Assembly: GCA_009914755.4 (NCBI GenBank)
Contig: CP068257.2
Coordinates: 13,152,001 to 13,216,000 of the forward strand
DNA: 64,000 nt
Origin: the human T2T-CHM13v2.0 reference genome, Homo sapiens
Reading direction: 5' to 3'
Position numbers and translations under genes: made by a program. Below, piece after piece: positions 32,093 through 44,770 of this stretch; within the stretch, counting starts at the first letter, position 1, and every line of letters starts with the position of its first letter. Below the pieces are notes generated by a model. The model did no database searches. It saw only the letters and a list, made by a program, of their open reading frames with translations, and had not been told where the DNA came from.

Positions 32093-33679
32093 AAAATCTT
32101 AGGCATCAGAATTTCAGAGAGTTTATAAAAGATGCCATATAAACTCTTTAATGGAATTTCAACTATTGTAAATTCTTAAGTAGTCGTAAAAAAAAACAGA
32201 TTTCAATTTAAGGAAATTCTGCCCCAGATATTTTATTTACAGAAATTACAAAATCACAAGTTCCATCCCATTGCATTTTAAATACCACACTTTGTTTTAA
32301 AATCTGAGGATCTGAGCAGGCTGAAGCCTGGTCTGGCCTATGGTCCCTGGGGTTGGAGAATTTGTGTGGCTATGCTTTCAAATCAACTGAAATGTGTCCC
32401 TATCCTTGCTCTTCTCCTCTTACCCTGCCACTGCCAAAGTACTGGGCTCAGAATCCTGACTCTCCTTCCTTTCACTCCCTTCTCTAGGTCCTGCTGTGTT
32501 CGCAGGAAGCTGTGGTCTGCAGCTGCTGTCCTGGACACAGGACAACTTGGTTAGGGCTTCAGCCCCTATCTGGACTCTAATTCCACCTTGGTGTGTTTAT
32601 TGCAGCTTCGTGCATCCTTATCATTTTTCATCTGGTCTCTGGCAGGCAGAGTGTATGATGACTTCTCTGTCCCTCCTTGTCTTTAACTCAAATGATGATC
32701 TTCTCTTTGGTGTTTTTTTTTTCCCCCGTTTTTCTCAGCTGTGCTGTTGTGAGAGTGCTTCATCACTGGAGCCTTCAGATGAACTAGGTGAGGGACTCTG
32801 GGCCCCACAACCCTTCTCCCAGAGCTGTCTTGTGGCATCATTCAAGTCCTCTGGGTCAGGCAAGGGAGAGAGGCAGGAAGTTGGTAATTTCATTATTGAT
32901 CAACTCGAATAGTTCTTCCCTTGATCTTGATTCCATTAAAATTGTCAATGGCCAAAATGGTACTCCTCTGGCCCTCATAGCAGGTAAAACAGAATCCTTT
33001 GGACGCATTCCTGACTTCCTGTCCTGTACAAGATTAATGTTAATATATCTCCCCTTATTGAGAGGCTACACAGATGACATCACCTTCAGTCAGTTCATAA
33101 CAAAGCCCTCCCGGGAACATCCAGGAGCTGTCCTTGTACACAGAGGACGGGATGCTTTAGGAGCCACTGCAATATCAGCCTGCCTTTTATTCAGCTTCAG
33201 GGCTAGCTTCACATTGATTAATGAGTTCATCTTTGTGGGGTGGAGTGCCACACAATGGTGCCTGGGTGGCTGAACCATGCCCACTTCTAGAGAACAGACA
33301 AGGGAGGATACCACTTCTGGTGGAGGCCCTCAGGGCACCTCCACAGTCTCTTCTCCACCCTCCCCACATGCCTTCCTCTGCCATTTAATGTTCAACTTTT
33401 CATGGTAGTCCAGTCACCACACAGAAGTATGCTACTGCTCACTAGTTGGAAAGATCTAAACTAGTCGAGTTTCAAAATAGGATGGCCAAGCTGCAACAAA
33501 GACTTCTGTTCTGAAATGGTTCCTGATCATGGAAGTTTTAACTCTACTATTTCACCTTTTGTCCAGGTAATAAATCCTTTCGAGAGCCTATAACATGTTA
33601 TGTTCACTTGGGCCAAATTATGAAAGGTAAATATTTGATGTGTTACAAAGAAAAAACTTAGACTAAGCTTTGCTTTGAG

Positions 33680-34200
33680 TGTACCTATTATATTAGTCAG
33701 GGATCTACAGAAAAACAGAACCAACAAGATGTTTGTATAGATAGGTACATTCATTATAAGGAATTGGCCCAGGGATTATGGAAGCTAGTGAGTCCCAAGA
33801 TCTGCAGTCGGATAAGTAAACACCCAGGAGATCCAAGGTTAAGTTCCAGTCTGAGTCCAAAGGCCTGAGAACCGGGAAAGCCAATATTATATGCTACAGG
33901 TTCTAAACCCAAGAAGAGCCAATGTTACAATTCAAGTCTGAAGAATGGAAAGAGCAATATCCCAGATCAAAACAGTCAGACATAAGGAGTTCCCTCTTGC
34001 TCCTGGGAAGGTCAGGCCTTGTTCTATGTATGCCTTCAATTGATTGGGGTGGGACCACCAACATTGTGGAAAACAATCTGCTTTACTCAGTCCACCAATT
34101 CAAATGTCAGTCTCATCCAAAAACACCCTCACAGACACACCCAAAATAATGTCTGACCTAAAATCTACACACTCTGTGGCCTAGTCAAGTTGACACATAA
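33680..34200 (+). mobile_element. Ancient MaLR-type LTR (MLT1/MST-class)
   Basis: Begins tattagtcagggatctacagaaaaacagaaccaacaagatg... and ends ...caatctgctttactcagtccaccaattcaaatgtcagtctcatccaaaaacaccctcacagacacacccaaaataatgtctgacc...gtcaagttgacacataaaat. This matches a common mammalian LTR consensus. Exact subfamily from memory only. Confidence 0.5.
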
Positions 34201-35824
34201 AATGAATCATCATAGCTACCATGTTTCCAGATTGAATGAGCCCTAAGCAGTAATAATTCTGCTCCATATTATACCTATTTGAGTGATATAGAAGGTGATT
34301 CTTTGCTCTTAAAAATGGCAGTTCTCAGGGTGAATATAGTACACATTTGTGTGCACAGCTTCAAATGGCACTAAGAAACCAGTAGCCACTATCAGTGGCA
34401 AAGGCTCCAGTGTGTAGCTGCAGTGGCATTTTGGAGAGCCTTATTTTGATTTGATATCTCAAAATAAGCCAACCAATTTCTTATAAAACTATTGCTACTT
34501 CTGTAACCCACAACTCTGTAAAAACTGTGATTGTTCCCCCAAAGATGTGCTTCACTTGGTATTTCAAGTCATATGATGGCAATCCCATTGAAAGTTCCAT
34601 AAAACAGTCACTTAGGTGTATTGCTCATACTCAGTCTACTCACTAGTCCAACCTATTCGACTTGAAACTCAGTAAATAATTGCAGACTTGTCATCCTGCC
34701 TTTATTTCCTTTATATCATTATTGTTAGCACAGATAAAAGGACTCAAAAATGGCACATAATAGGGAAGCTGAATATGTCTTAGAAGTCCCTTACACATCC
34801 GTAGGACAGAAAATAAACCTTACCATTGTTCAATTTGACCCACAATTAAATATCATCTTAAAAGCAAGATATATGTATTTCCCAGTGAAGACAGCAGGCT
34901 TCTTGATTTATTTTACTTATGAAAATAGACTAATGTAACATATGCTTCGGTGACAATTTATCATGGATATAGGTGGTAAAATATAACACTGAGTATTGGA
35001 GAAAGATTTGAAAAAATACTCCAGTATAGTAAAAATACTTAGTCCAGGAGCTTAAATAGGTTACCCCAGGCCTTTTCCCTAGTAAATATTTAAGGAATTC
35101 TATACCCTTGACACCGTATGGTAATCAGGAAGTGGAAGTCAACAACTTTAACTTATAAATATGAAAGGCATTGAGATGGAGGAACAGAAAAGGAAAAAAT
35201 CCTCTCTGGCATTGGTATTACTTGTATCATCATCAACAAGACAAGTTACAAACGTTTCATAGAAAGACAGCGGGAGGAAAAGGCTTTACAAAAGTATAAG
35301 TAAATAGGAACACACCGCTATCCATATAAATCCCCTCTTTCTTTAAAAAGTCCACTTCACCAAAAAAGCCACATTAGGCACCGATGGCCCAGTGCCTAGG
35401 GCCCACAATACTTAAGATGCTCATGAAAATGTCTTAATTTCTTTTACATAAAAAAAACTTTCATGTTAAAGAAAATATTTTACTATATAGTAACCTATTG
35501 TTATATTAACGTAATGATAAAACATAATTTTTAGGTTCCTTTTGTGTGTGGGTATGAGGTTAGGACCTATGAAGACAAAAGTGCCTGGGGCCCATAAAAG
35601 TCATAATATGGTCCTGTTCCTAGATTCATGTTTGTCTTATATGGCCCTATTTCTCTGGCCATAGCTGGCTAGAATAGGGATAGACCTTGACCTAAGTCAA
35701 GCCTATCAAATTCTGCCTCCTATGAGTTTAGAATTGAGATTTAAACTTGCTTGGTAGTGCTAGATAGTGTGTGAGGACCTATATCCTTTGAAGTAGTCAT
35801 GAGTAAAAAAGTGACAAAAGATCG

Positions 35825-36202
35825 TGTATTAGTCCATTCTTACATTGCTATAAAGAACTACCTGAGACTGGATAGTTTCTAAAGAAAAGAGGTTTAATTG
35901 ACTTACAGTTCCACATGCTGTATAGGAAGCATGGATGGGGAGGCCTCAGGAAATTTGCAATCATGGCAGAAGGTGAAGGGGAAGCAAACACATCTTCACA
36001 TGGCAACGAGACAGAGAGAGCTAAGGCAGAAGTGCTGCACACCATTAAACAACAAGATCTCATGAGCACTCACTATCACAAGAAAAGAAAGGGGAAAATC
36101 TGCCCCTATGCTCCAATCACCTCTCACCAGGTCCCTCCCCCACCACTGGGGATTACAATTCAACATGAGGTTTGGGTGGGGGCAGACAGCCAAACCATAT
36201 CA
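35825..36202 (-). mobile_element. THE1/MST-class (ERVL-MaLR) LTR, minus strand
   Basis: tgtattagtccattcttacattgctataaagaactacctgagactggatagtttctaaagaaaagaggtttaattgacttacagttccacatgctg...caatcacctctcaccaggtccctcccccaccactggggattacaattcaacatgaggtttgggtgggggcagacagccaaaccatatca, the reverse complement of the THE1/MST LTR consensus. Confidence 0.75.
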
Positions 36203-36439
36203 GACCATCTGCAAGAGAAAGAGAAGAATGAGAGAACCTGTGAGACAGAGAGAGAATGAGAGAGACTTGAGGCTGTGGCCTGAGATCCTGATGTTCTCCA
36301 GTCTCTGTATACTAAAGGTTGGTTATTCAAACTTTTAAAAATCTATGAGGTGTCCCAGTATCCTTCCATTCAATCAGAATTTTTGGCTAAGCTGTTTGAA
36401 ATTATTTTCTGCTAATTTTCATCCAAGAATACTGTATTC

Positions 36440-36780
36440 GTTTGCTAGAGTTGCCACAATAAAGTATCATAAACATGGTGGCTTAAAGAACAGAAATGTG
36501 TTGTCTTCCAGTTCTGGAGGCTGGAAGTCTGAAATAACATCAGTAAGGTTGATTCCTTCTGAGGGCTGTGAGGGAAAGATCTGCTCCAGGCCACTGTCTT
36601 TGGCTTATAGACGGCCTTCCTCTACCTATGTCTCTTCACGTTGCCTTCCTTCTATACTTGCCCGTGACCAAATTTCCTGGTTTTGTAAGCACACCAGTCA
36701 GTGGATTAGGGCCCACCCACATGACCTCACTTTAGCATAATTACCTCTGTAAAGCCCTTTTCTCCAAATGAGGTCATAAT
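36440..36780 (-). mobile_element. MLT1-type LTR fragment, minus strand
   Basis: ...gtggcttaaagaacagaaatgtgttgtcttccagttctggaggctggaagtctgaaataa...ccagtcagtggattagggcccacccacatgacctcactttagcataattacctctgtaaagccc, the reverse complement of MLT1 hallmark regions. Confidence 0.5.
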
Positions 36781-37084
36781 CTAAAGCAACAGAGGACAGG
36801 ACTTCAAATATAAATTAGTGCAGAAGTGTGGAGACGATCTAACCCAAAAAAAGTACTAACTAAAACAGGAGCACAAACATAGACTCAATTATAGCATGTT
36901 CATTTATTACTGTCATTAATACTTTTTTGATATATTTTTCTCATTTTTTGAATTTTAATTTTAAAAGGCATTTTCTATATTTCCTCTTCTTTCTCCTAAA
37001 CCTTAATAAATTACTTAAGATCTTAAGTTCCCCAAATATGACACAATATCCCATAATGGCAAAGAATATGGACTCTAGCATGAG

Positions 37085-37290
37085 ACTGCCTGAGTTCAAA
37101 GCCTGCCTTTGTCATTACAGCATTCATAGGCAAGTTACTCAATCTCTTTATGTGTCAATTTCCATAACAGTAAAATGAAATAGAAAGAATATTTATCTCT
37201 TAGGGGTGTTATGAAGATTAAATAAATTGCTATATGTAAAGTGCCTGACAGACAGCAAGTTCCATCTGAGGGCTTGCTATTATTATTATA
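37085..37290 (+). mobile_element. MIR fragment
   Basis: ...caagttactcaatctctttatgtgtcaatttccataacagtaaaatgaaatag...attaaataaattgctatatgtaaagtgcctgacagacagcaagttccatctgagggcttgctattattatta. Confidence 0.55.
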
Positions 37291-37384
37291 GAGCTCAAGC
37301 CTTTACTTGTGCATTGGTCTTTCTTTATGAAGTTTGCCCTTTAAGACAATCACAAGGCAAATCTCAACTGCTGACTGCCTTTTC

Positions 37385-37595
37385 TGGGTAGGGCCTAGTA
37401 GCACAGACTCATCTTAAGGCCTTATCTTGCCTGCATTTGCATATGCCACTGAGTTCCTCAGGACCACTGAGTATCTTTCTTCAATTTCCTCACCTGTGAA
37501 ATGGAGACAATAATGGTAACTACCATAAGGAGTTTGTTGTCGTAATTAAATGAGTTAATTTATGTAAAGTACTCAGTACATACTGTGTATACCCT
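37385..37595 (+). mobile_element. MIR fragment (second copy, 100 bp downstream of the first)
   Basis: ...ctgagtatctttcttcaatttcctcacctgtgaaatggagacaataatggtaactaccataaggagtttgttgtcgtaattaaatgagttaatttatgtaaagtactcagtacatactgtg. Confidence 0.55.
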
Positions 37596-39627
37596 TAATG
37601 TTTTGACCAGGTGGCAATCTCTGACACTGACCAGAGAGCCCAATGACATAGCACTGACTCTGATGAAGTTCATGGCCAGATCACTGCTCTACCCTACAGA
37701 GTCTTGTGAATTTGCAAATACTCTCTACTTTATTGGAGTTCATAGTCAGGATAAAAGCCCTAATTTTGACTTGCTTTGGTCTAATATAAACACCATTTAG
37801 TTTCTTTTTTTACTATTTCAAGTGTAATGTTTTTAATATTATAAGAACAATACTTGAGACATATGAATCTTAAATTTGTCATTTTAATTGTAAGTTAAGA
37901 GACAGAGATAGCCTGTATATAAAATATCCATAACCACATGCCATGCAATTAAATATTTCTGCACAACTGTTCCAAAAGAGTATTTTAGCCTTGCTCTACA
38001 GGGAGGGAAATGATGTACAAAGATTCATTTATATTTATACAGTATATAAAAATACTTGAAATTTGTTGGCCTCTCTTTGAGGAAGGGAATCTAATTCTCT
38101 TATAATTAAAAAGAAAACATTTCTCTCAGCTAGAGAAATTAATAGAATTTATAGATATTTAATAATTTGATAACCACTTTCTTCAAAGTCTCTATATATG
38201 TGGTATATAGAAAACAACAATTATCTAGAAAATATACAAAACAAGCTTCTATTTTATTTGCATTCCAGAACAAGCAAATTGATACCACAATATGTGTTGC
38301 CTATATTTTAGAACAAGAAAGAAATTTAGTTACACCTCTGATGAAGGAACAATTTGGAATTATATCATTGTAAAACTGGGGAAATCCAATACATAGAAGT
38401 AAGAACATTCCCCATAATGGTACTAATTACTGCACAGTATCCATAACCTTTAGAGCACTGAGCTTAACTCAAACAAAATAACAGATGGTGTTTCAGGGAA
38501 ACAAGCATTATATTGCCTTGGTTTTTCTTTTCATGTGCGACTGTTAGAGAAAATTATGTTGGGAGTTCACTGGGACCTAATTATATTTGGTCTTCTATTC
38601 TGAATTCTGAATTCCGTCTATCTCATTCCAAATAAATAGTATAATTATATTAATTTAACCCAAAATAAGATAGTACACTGATTAAATATCATATTAGAAA
38701 ACTTATTCTACATATCTGGCCAAACATTTTACCATCTGATAGGGTAAAAGAATAAGCTCTTCAAATGTGTATTTTATTTCAGATTACTGTTTATTTTTTT
38801 CATGCTTTAAGTTTGCATTTTGAAGTTAACCACTATGGGGGAATTCAGACAACAGCAGATGAAAATACTAGCTAGAATATTATACAAGTGGCATTTTCCT
38901 GTGTCAATTTGTATATGTATCACTTCCTGTAAATAAACAAACAAACAAAGCCTGGTTAAATCTAAAACAATAATTGAGACACTTGTAGGCAGACACACAT
39001 GTAGATGATCTCTCAAGAGAGTGATAGTATGATTTATATCCATCTTGTTAAACTTAAAAAATACATTCCTCTTGAGTATGACAACTTCACCTGCTGAGTT
39101 TTGAAAGGCGTGCTGACTCAACTTCACAGCTTTTAGTCTCTTCCTCCAGATGATCAATTAGATAGTTTTTCAACAGAAGACCAGCTAAAGGGCTGTTGTC
39201 TTCTGGAATGGTACCAAGCAGTCTCACTGCTGATCTAAATATCAGCTCAACGAGAACCGCCACAATGCAGATCTGTGTATCTACTTTACACCTATTCCGT
39301 GGCCTCCATTTTTTCACCTCTACTTCTATGAATATTCACTTACCCAGAAGAATTGGACATCAACTCATTAGTTACTGAATTAAACAGACCAATCCCTGAA
39401 TTTTGGAAAAAGACTGAAGTAAAATTTTACTGTATAATACATAGAACCCAACATATGGCAGACAACAAATGTAGAATGACCTACACTGCGTATTTGTTGC
39501 ATTAGCTACTACTGCTTAACTTACTATCTAGATTCCCCATCCTCCAATAAAATAGCTGGACTCATTTTAATCATCAATACCCTTGAGTAGAAACTGTAAA
39601 CTACTTGCTCTGATTGTTACTATATAG

Positions 39628-39965
<338 letters not shown>

Positions 39966-42900
39966 CTGACCATTTTTTTTAATTGATCAATGATACTTGT
40001 TCTTTAAAGTCCAATCCCTGTTCAGATTCTTCCCTGCTTTGTTGTTCTATGAGTCTCTGCTGAAAATAATTGACAATCACGTACCTTTTGGTCTGACCAT
40101 CAAGACTGTGTTATAAGTGAGTTGATGTCTTTCTTGGTCATTTGGGCAGAGCCAAAGCATTCTTTCATTAAATAGTTCTTATGCTTTTTCAAGTAATGTT
40201 ACAAGGAAATTTCAGTGCCTAGAATAAGGACTAACACAAATATAACAAAATCTTACCTTAGCTGTAATGTGACTAACCCTCCTGGATATTATGCTTGGAA
40301 TCTCACAAATAAACTAGAAATACTTCATTCCTCACATCAGAATATATAGGGCCAGAATTTGGCTCATGTGATCAGACTGAAGATGAAATTTTCACTAAAC
40401 CATGAACTCTACTTGGCAATGGAAATGACACTTTTTTCAAAATGAATCACATCCTGAAAGCCATTGGTCCACACGCCCCACATCAGTATAAATCCTTGCA
40501 GAGTCTGGAGATTTATGTTTTCAGTTTGGCCTTTCTTTCGATTATTGGAGAGCTTTAATTTCTTTTCATTATTTTGGATTCCCTCATTTTTTTCCCTACT
40601 TCTAATTCTCTGCATACATCACACACCTGTATTTGTCTTTGATAATGGAAAAAAAGACTCATCACTTTTAATGCCCACTCAACATATCTTCATTATCTTG
40701 GGAATATCTTCACCAAAATATATTAAAAAGTCACTAGAGAAAAATGAATGCATATACAATGTATGAATATTGCTGGGCTAAATGGGTACCTCTATCTCAT
40801 TAGTCAGCATGGAGCCTCCTGGCTGCATGCCTACATTTCAAGCCCAGCCAGAAAAACAACAACAACAAAAACAACAAATAGATTTGAGACATCCAAATGA
40901 AAAGAAATGGTCCTTTTTCTGATTGTGTTAACATTCTACTAGTTATTTATTCATTTATGTCTTTTTCTTAGTCTTCTGCAGCAGAATCAAGCAAATCCCA
41001 TTTGTTCCTTCACTCCGCCAATATTTATTGTATACCTTCTACATACCAGGAACTATTGTAGGCACTGGAAAAAAGAATGAACAAAATCAGTAGATCTCCT
41101 GTTTTCATAACATTTGCATTCTAGAGGAAGACCAGAGACAAACAAATAAATACACAATATGTCATACAGGTAGTAAGATCTAAGGAGAAAATAATAACAA
41201 GGGAGGGTGAGAACGAAACTGTGCTCCTGGACAGTGAGGATTCTATTACATCTAGGTGTTATTTGAGTGGGAACTTGAAAGGAAAATAAAGAAGAAAGTC
41301 ACGTAAGTATCTGGGAAAGTAGTATCCTTGACGGAAAACTGAATTTACAATAAAAGCCTTCATTTATACGATCTGATTGGCACTGGCTTGAGGGGAGCCA
41401 AGTTCATTCCATTTTCAAGTAAAGAATAAGTCAGAATTATATATCCTTTAAACCACTGTATACTTTTAGAAACTCTGCAAAAGTCCTCTGAAAATATTCT
41501 TCACTTAACCCTTACTCATACTTTGCTAAACTCTTCCAACTTTGCATTACACAATTGATAACTTTAAACTAACCTACAGTACTCTAAGTTTACTTTACAT
41601 TTTTTTAATCAATGGTGGGTACATTAGTGAGCATCCACCATCAGTGAGTACATTTTATTATACTTCCTAGTTGTTTGGTTACTTGCTAAGGAAATTTTCT
41701 GCAAGTTTGCAGACTGTGGGAATATAAGGAGCACAACGAGTAAGGCCAGATGTCCTCCCTCTTGTTTAAGAGCTTAGATTTCAAGTGACACTTGTATACT
41801 TTAAGTAGAGACTGCTGCTTTTCGTAGCGGTGTGAATGTTTGCTATACCAAGATGCTGTGATCGTTCAAAGTGAATGCAAATGCCTGTCCTCACAGGCAG
41901 TCTCTAAAGGCAATCTGATAAATGCATGTAGATGTTTGAACATAAACTGAAAGCAAGAGGAAAAGAGCACTTACCAAATGGAGTAGAATACCCAATGAAT
42001 AGAGTACAAGCCATTTTGTTCTTGGAGAGAAACAATATGACTCCTTTCTTTTGGGAAGTCTGTTTCTTTTCTTTAGGTCTGAGCCCATTAAATGATTCAA
42101 TTTATGTTTAGCACTTAGACAATAAACATTATATCCCTTTCCTCTCTGACTGTAAGACCAGAAGGAAGGTGGGAGAAAAAAAGCAAAGATTTCCCGAGGT
42201 TCACAGATACCTGAATTCAAATACAGAGAATATAAATGAGAAACAACACTTTTGTCACTGAATTTAACCTGCCTTTAAACCTGATAAAGTTGCAAATTCA
42301 ACATTGATTTTTCTCTAAAAATAAATAACTTATTTTGAGGAACAGCAGATGAATTTACACCCTATAGAAATAATTTAGGATGCTGGTTCCCTAAGGTTTT
42401 TCCCAAGACTAAGAAATATTGATCAAGAGCAACAGGAAAACTCCCCAGCAAAATAATGTGAGCAGTTTGAAATTTTGTTTTCATATTTTGCCTTTATTCT
42501 CAGTATCTCCTATAAGGAGCTTAGTTGTCACTTTGACATTTATTGTCTCAATATTCACATGTATAAAATAGTGAAGAGAAAAAGTATCATTTTTAATGAT
42601 TGACAGTAACAGGGTTTAGATAAAACTTCCAAGAGCTAAGTGGATTGTTGAAGGAATTAAACAGATAATTCATGCAAAAAATTCACAGATGTGGCTGAGA
42701 TAAAAAATTGTTTATTAGGTTTTATGCCTATATATTTTAGATAATCACCTTGATTTCTTCTTTGTTCTTCATGGAGAGATACAGGCTGAGTAATTTGTGT
42801 AACATATATTACCTATATGCTGCTTTTGGTACCATGATCTGTTTAATCAACATTTATGCTTGGTTGACTTTTCTTAATTAAAAAAGGAAGATTAACTTAG

Positions 42901-43789
42901 CTATTAATTTATGACCTAAAAGTATAAGCTTCCACCTTGCCAAACTACTATCTAGTGCTTGTAAATGACTGTGTGTTTCCATTTGACTGATTTTTAGTGA
43001 CAGCATGGCATAGTGACCTTAAAAGGGATAACATGGTGATAATGTACAATAATGATATATCGAATGTTTGGTGAAAAAAAAGTAGCATACATTAGTGCAT
43101 CCCTGCTATGATTAAACTATGTTACAAGTAAGACAAGGATCGAATGGAAACCAGAGAAAATATAGGCAGGTTAGTTTGTTGCCATCGTGGGAAGTTGGAT
43201 CCAAGTAGATTTAGCTTCAACTGAAATGTATTGGATGCCTACTATGCGCCAAGCAGTCTGCCAAGTTCTTTCATCTTTTTTATCTCCTTATATCTCATCA
43301 GTCCTGCGAGAAGATTATTATTATTCTCACTTCACCAACAAATACAAAAACAACTTTCAAAGAGCAGACTCGAGATTACACAGCTTCATGAGAAACTGAA
43401 ATGTAAGCCATGGTTTCTGATTTCTTTCACACATTCCCTACGTCATGTAATGCGTTAAAAAGAAATAAATATAACTAAAACACCTAATTAGTTCAACTAC
43501 CCCCATGGCTTAAATATATACATAATATATGCTATATTTAATACATAGAGCATCACTGTCATTAGTTATGAGACTTTCAGGAATTATGTCTTATGTATAC
43601 AAATGTATTATGTATATAGCAAACCTGGAAGTGAAAATGGGTAACAGCTGTAATAGGATTGTGGTGGAGAGATCCAGGATATACAACTGTGAAGTCTTTT
43701 TCTGAATTCTCCTTATCTACCTAGAAGTAGAAACTTTCAAAAGAATTCAACTATCATGAATACCCCTCTGAAGGAGTCTGACGCTACGA

Positions 43790-44110
43790 AAAGACCGCTT
43801 GCACCTGCATAAATAACACAATTTCTCCCACTTGTTCCCCTAAGAATCTATATGTCTTTCCTAAACATGTATGTTCTTCTCATCAAAGCCTTTTCTCTCT
43901 CCTTCACTTTTTCTTTTAAATTAGGCCTATAAGACCCTAACTTTAGCTATTTAGTGAGGCCACTTCTTTTGTGTGCTCCCGTATGCATATATAAATAAAC
44001 TTTAGTTTTTATTTCTCCTGCTAATCTGTCTTTTGTCAGTTTAATCTGCAGGCCTCCAAGCCAGGAACCAAAGTGAGTACAAGAATAGTTTTCCCTCCGC
44101 AACACTTTGG
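43790..44110 (+). repeat. Unclassified interspersed-repeat segment, paralogous (about 75-80% identity by eye) to 50223-50545. Possibly the 5' end of a MaLR internal region
   Basis: Shared blocks cacctgcata...tgtctttcctaaa...tcttctcat...agccatttagtgag.ccacttcttttgtg.gctccc..atgcatat...tctgtcttttgtcag.ttaatctg. Copy B follows a THE1 LTR terminus directly. Confidence 0.4.
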
Positions 44111-44770
44111 CAATGAAGATGGGATGGTTGGGACTCCCCAGTCACTCTGAAGGCTGCAGCTGAGATCTCAGGATCTCTTGACCAAGCCAGCAAAGGTAAA
44201 TTTCCTTGCTGATCTCTGCTCAGCATCCAGCTGAGTGCGTGCAGTAAGAACTTGTCTTTGTTCAAACAGGAAAAGTTCCCTGATCCTCTCACAGGGCATG
44301 TGATGGGGGTGTGGCTTGCTTCTTCGTGCCCCACTGCTCAAACCTCTAGGGAAACTTACAGACGGGCAGGCTGTGGGGCTCTGACTCCTCGGCAGTGTCT
44401 AGGGGTGGATGTTTACAGCTCCTGAAGCCTCAGTGGGCGTGTGTCAGAGGGTGCTTAGAGGTTTGCCGTCTATCCGTCTACGGGTGGCTTATGTTAACCA
44501 GCTCAATTAGACCCTCTACCTTGTCACAAGGACAGAGGGCTGTTTCCTGAGTTCTTGCCTTGGTGTAGTGGAAGAATTGGACCACACGTGGGCTTGGAGA
44601 ATGAGTGTAAAGTTTTATTGAGTGGAAGTAGCGTTCAGCTGATGGGGCAGCCAGAAATGAGATAGTCTTCCGCTGGAGTTGGGCCACTCAGCAGCCTGGG
44701 CTCTCCTCCGACTGCCCTGGCCAAACTCCGCCTCATCTGGTTGGCCCATGGCCTGCCGGCATCTGTTGGT

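Noticed and set aside
32739-32787. Exon-like 49-nt segment with a strong polypyrimidine/AG acceptor (ttttttttttcccccgtttttctcag|) and a GTGAGG donor, in frame with ORF 32496-32912. A second weaker candidate lies at 32489-32550
   Set aside because: Splice-site-like motifs are frequent by chance in 64 kb. The flanking ORF has no recognisable protein similarity, and there is no second supporting exon or transcript evidence. It is worth an RNA-seq look only, so it is not annotated.
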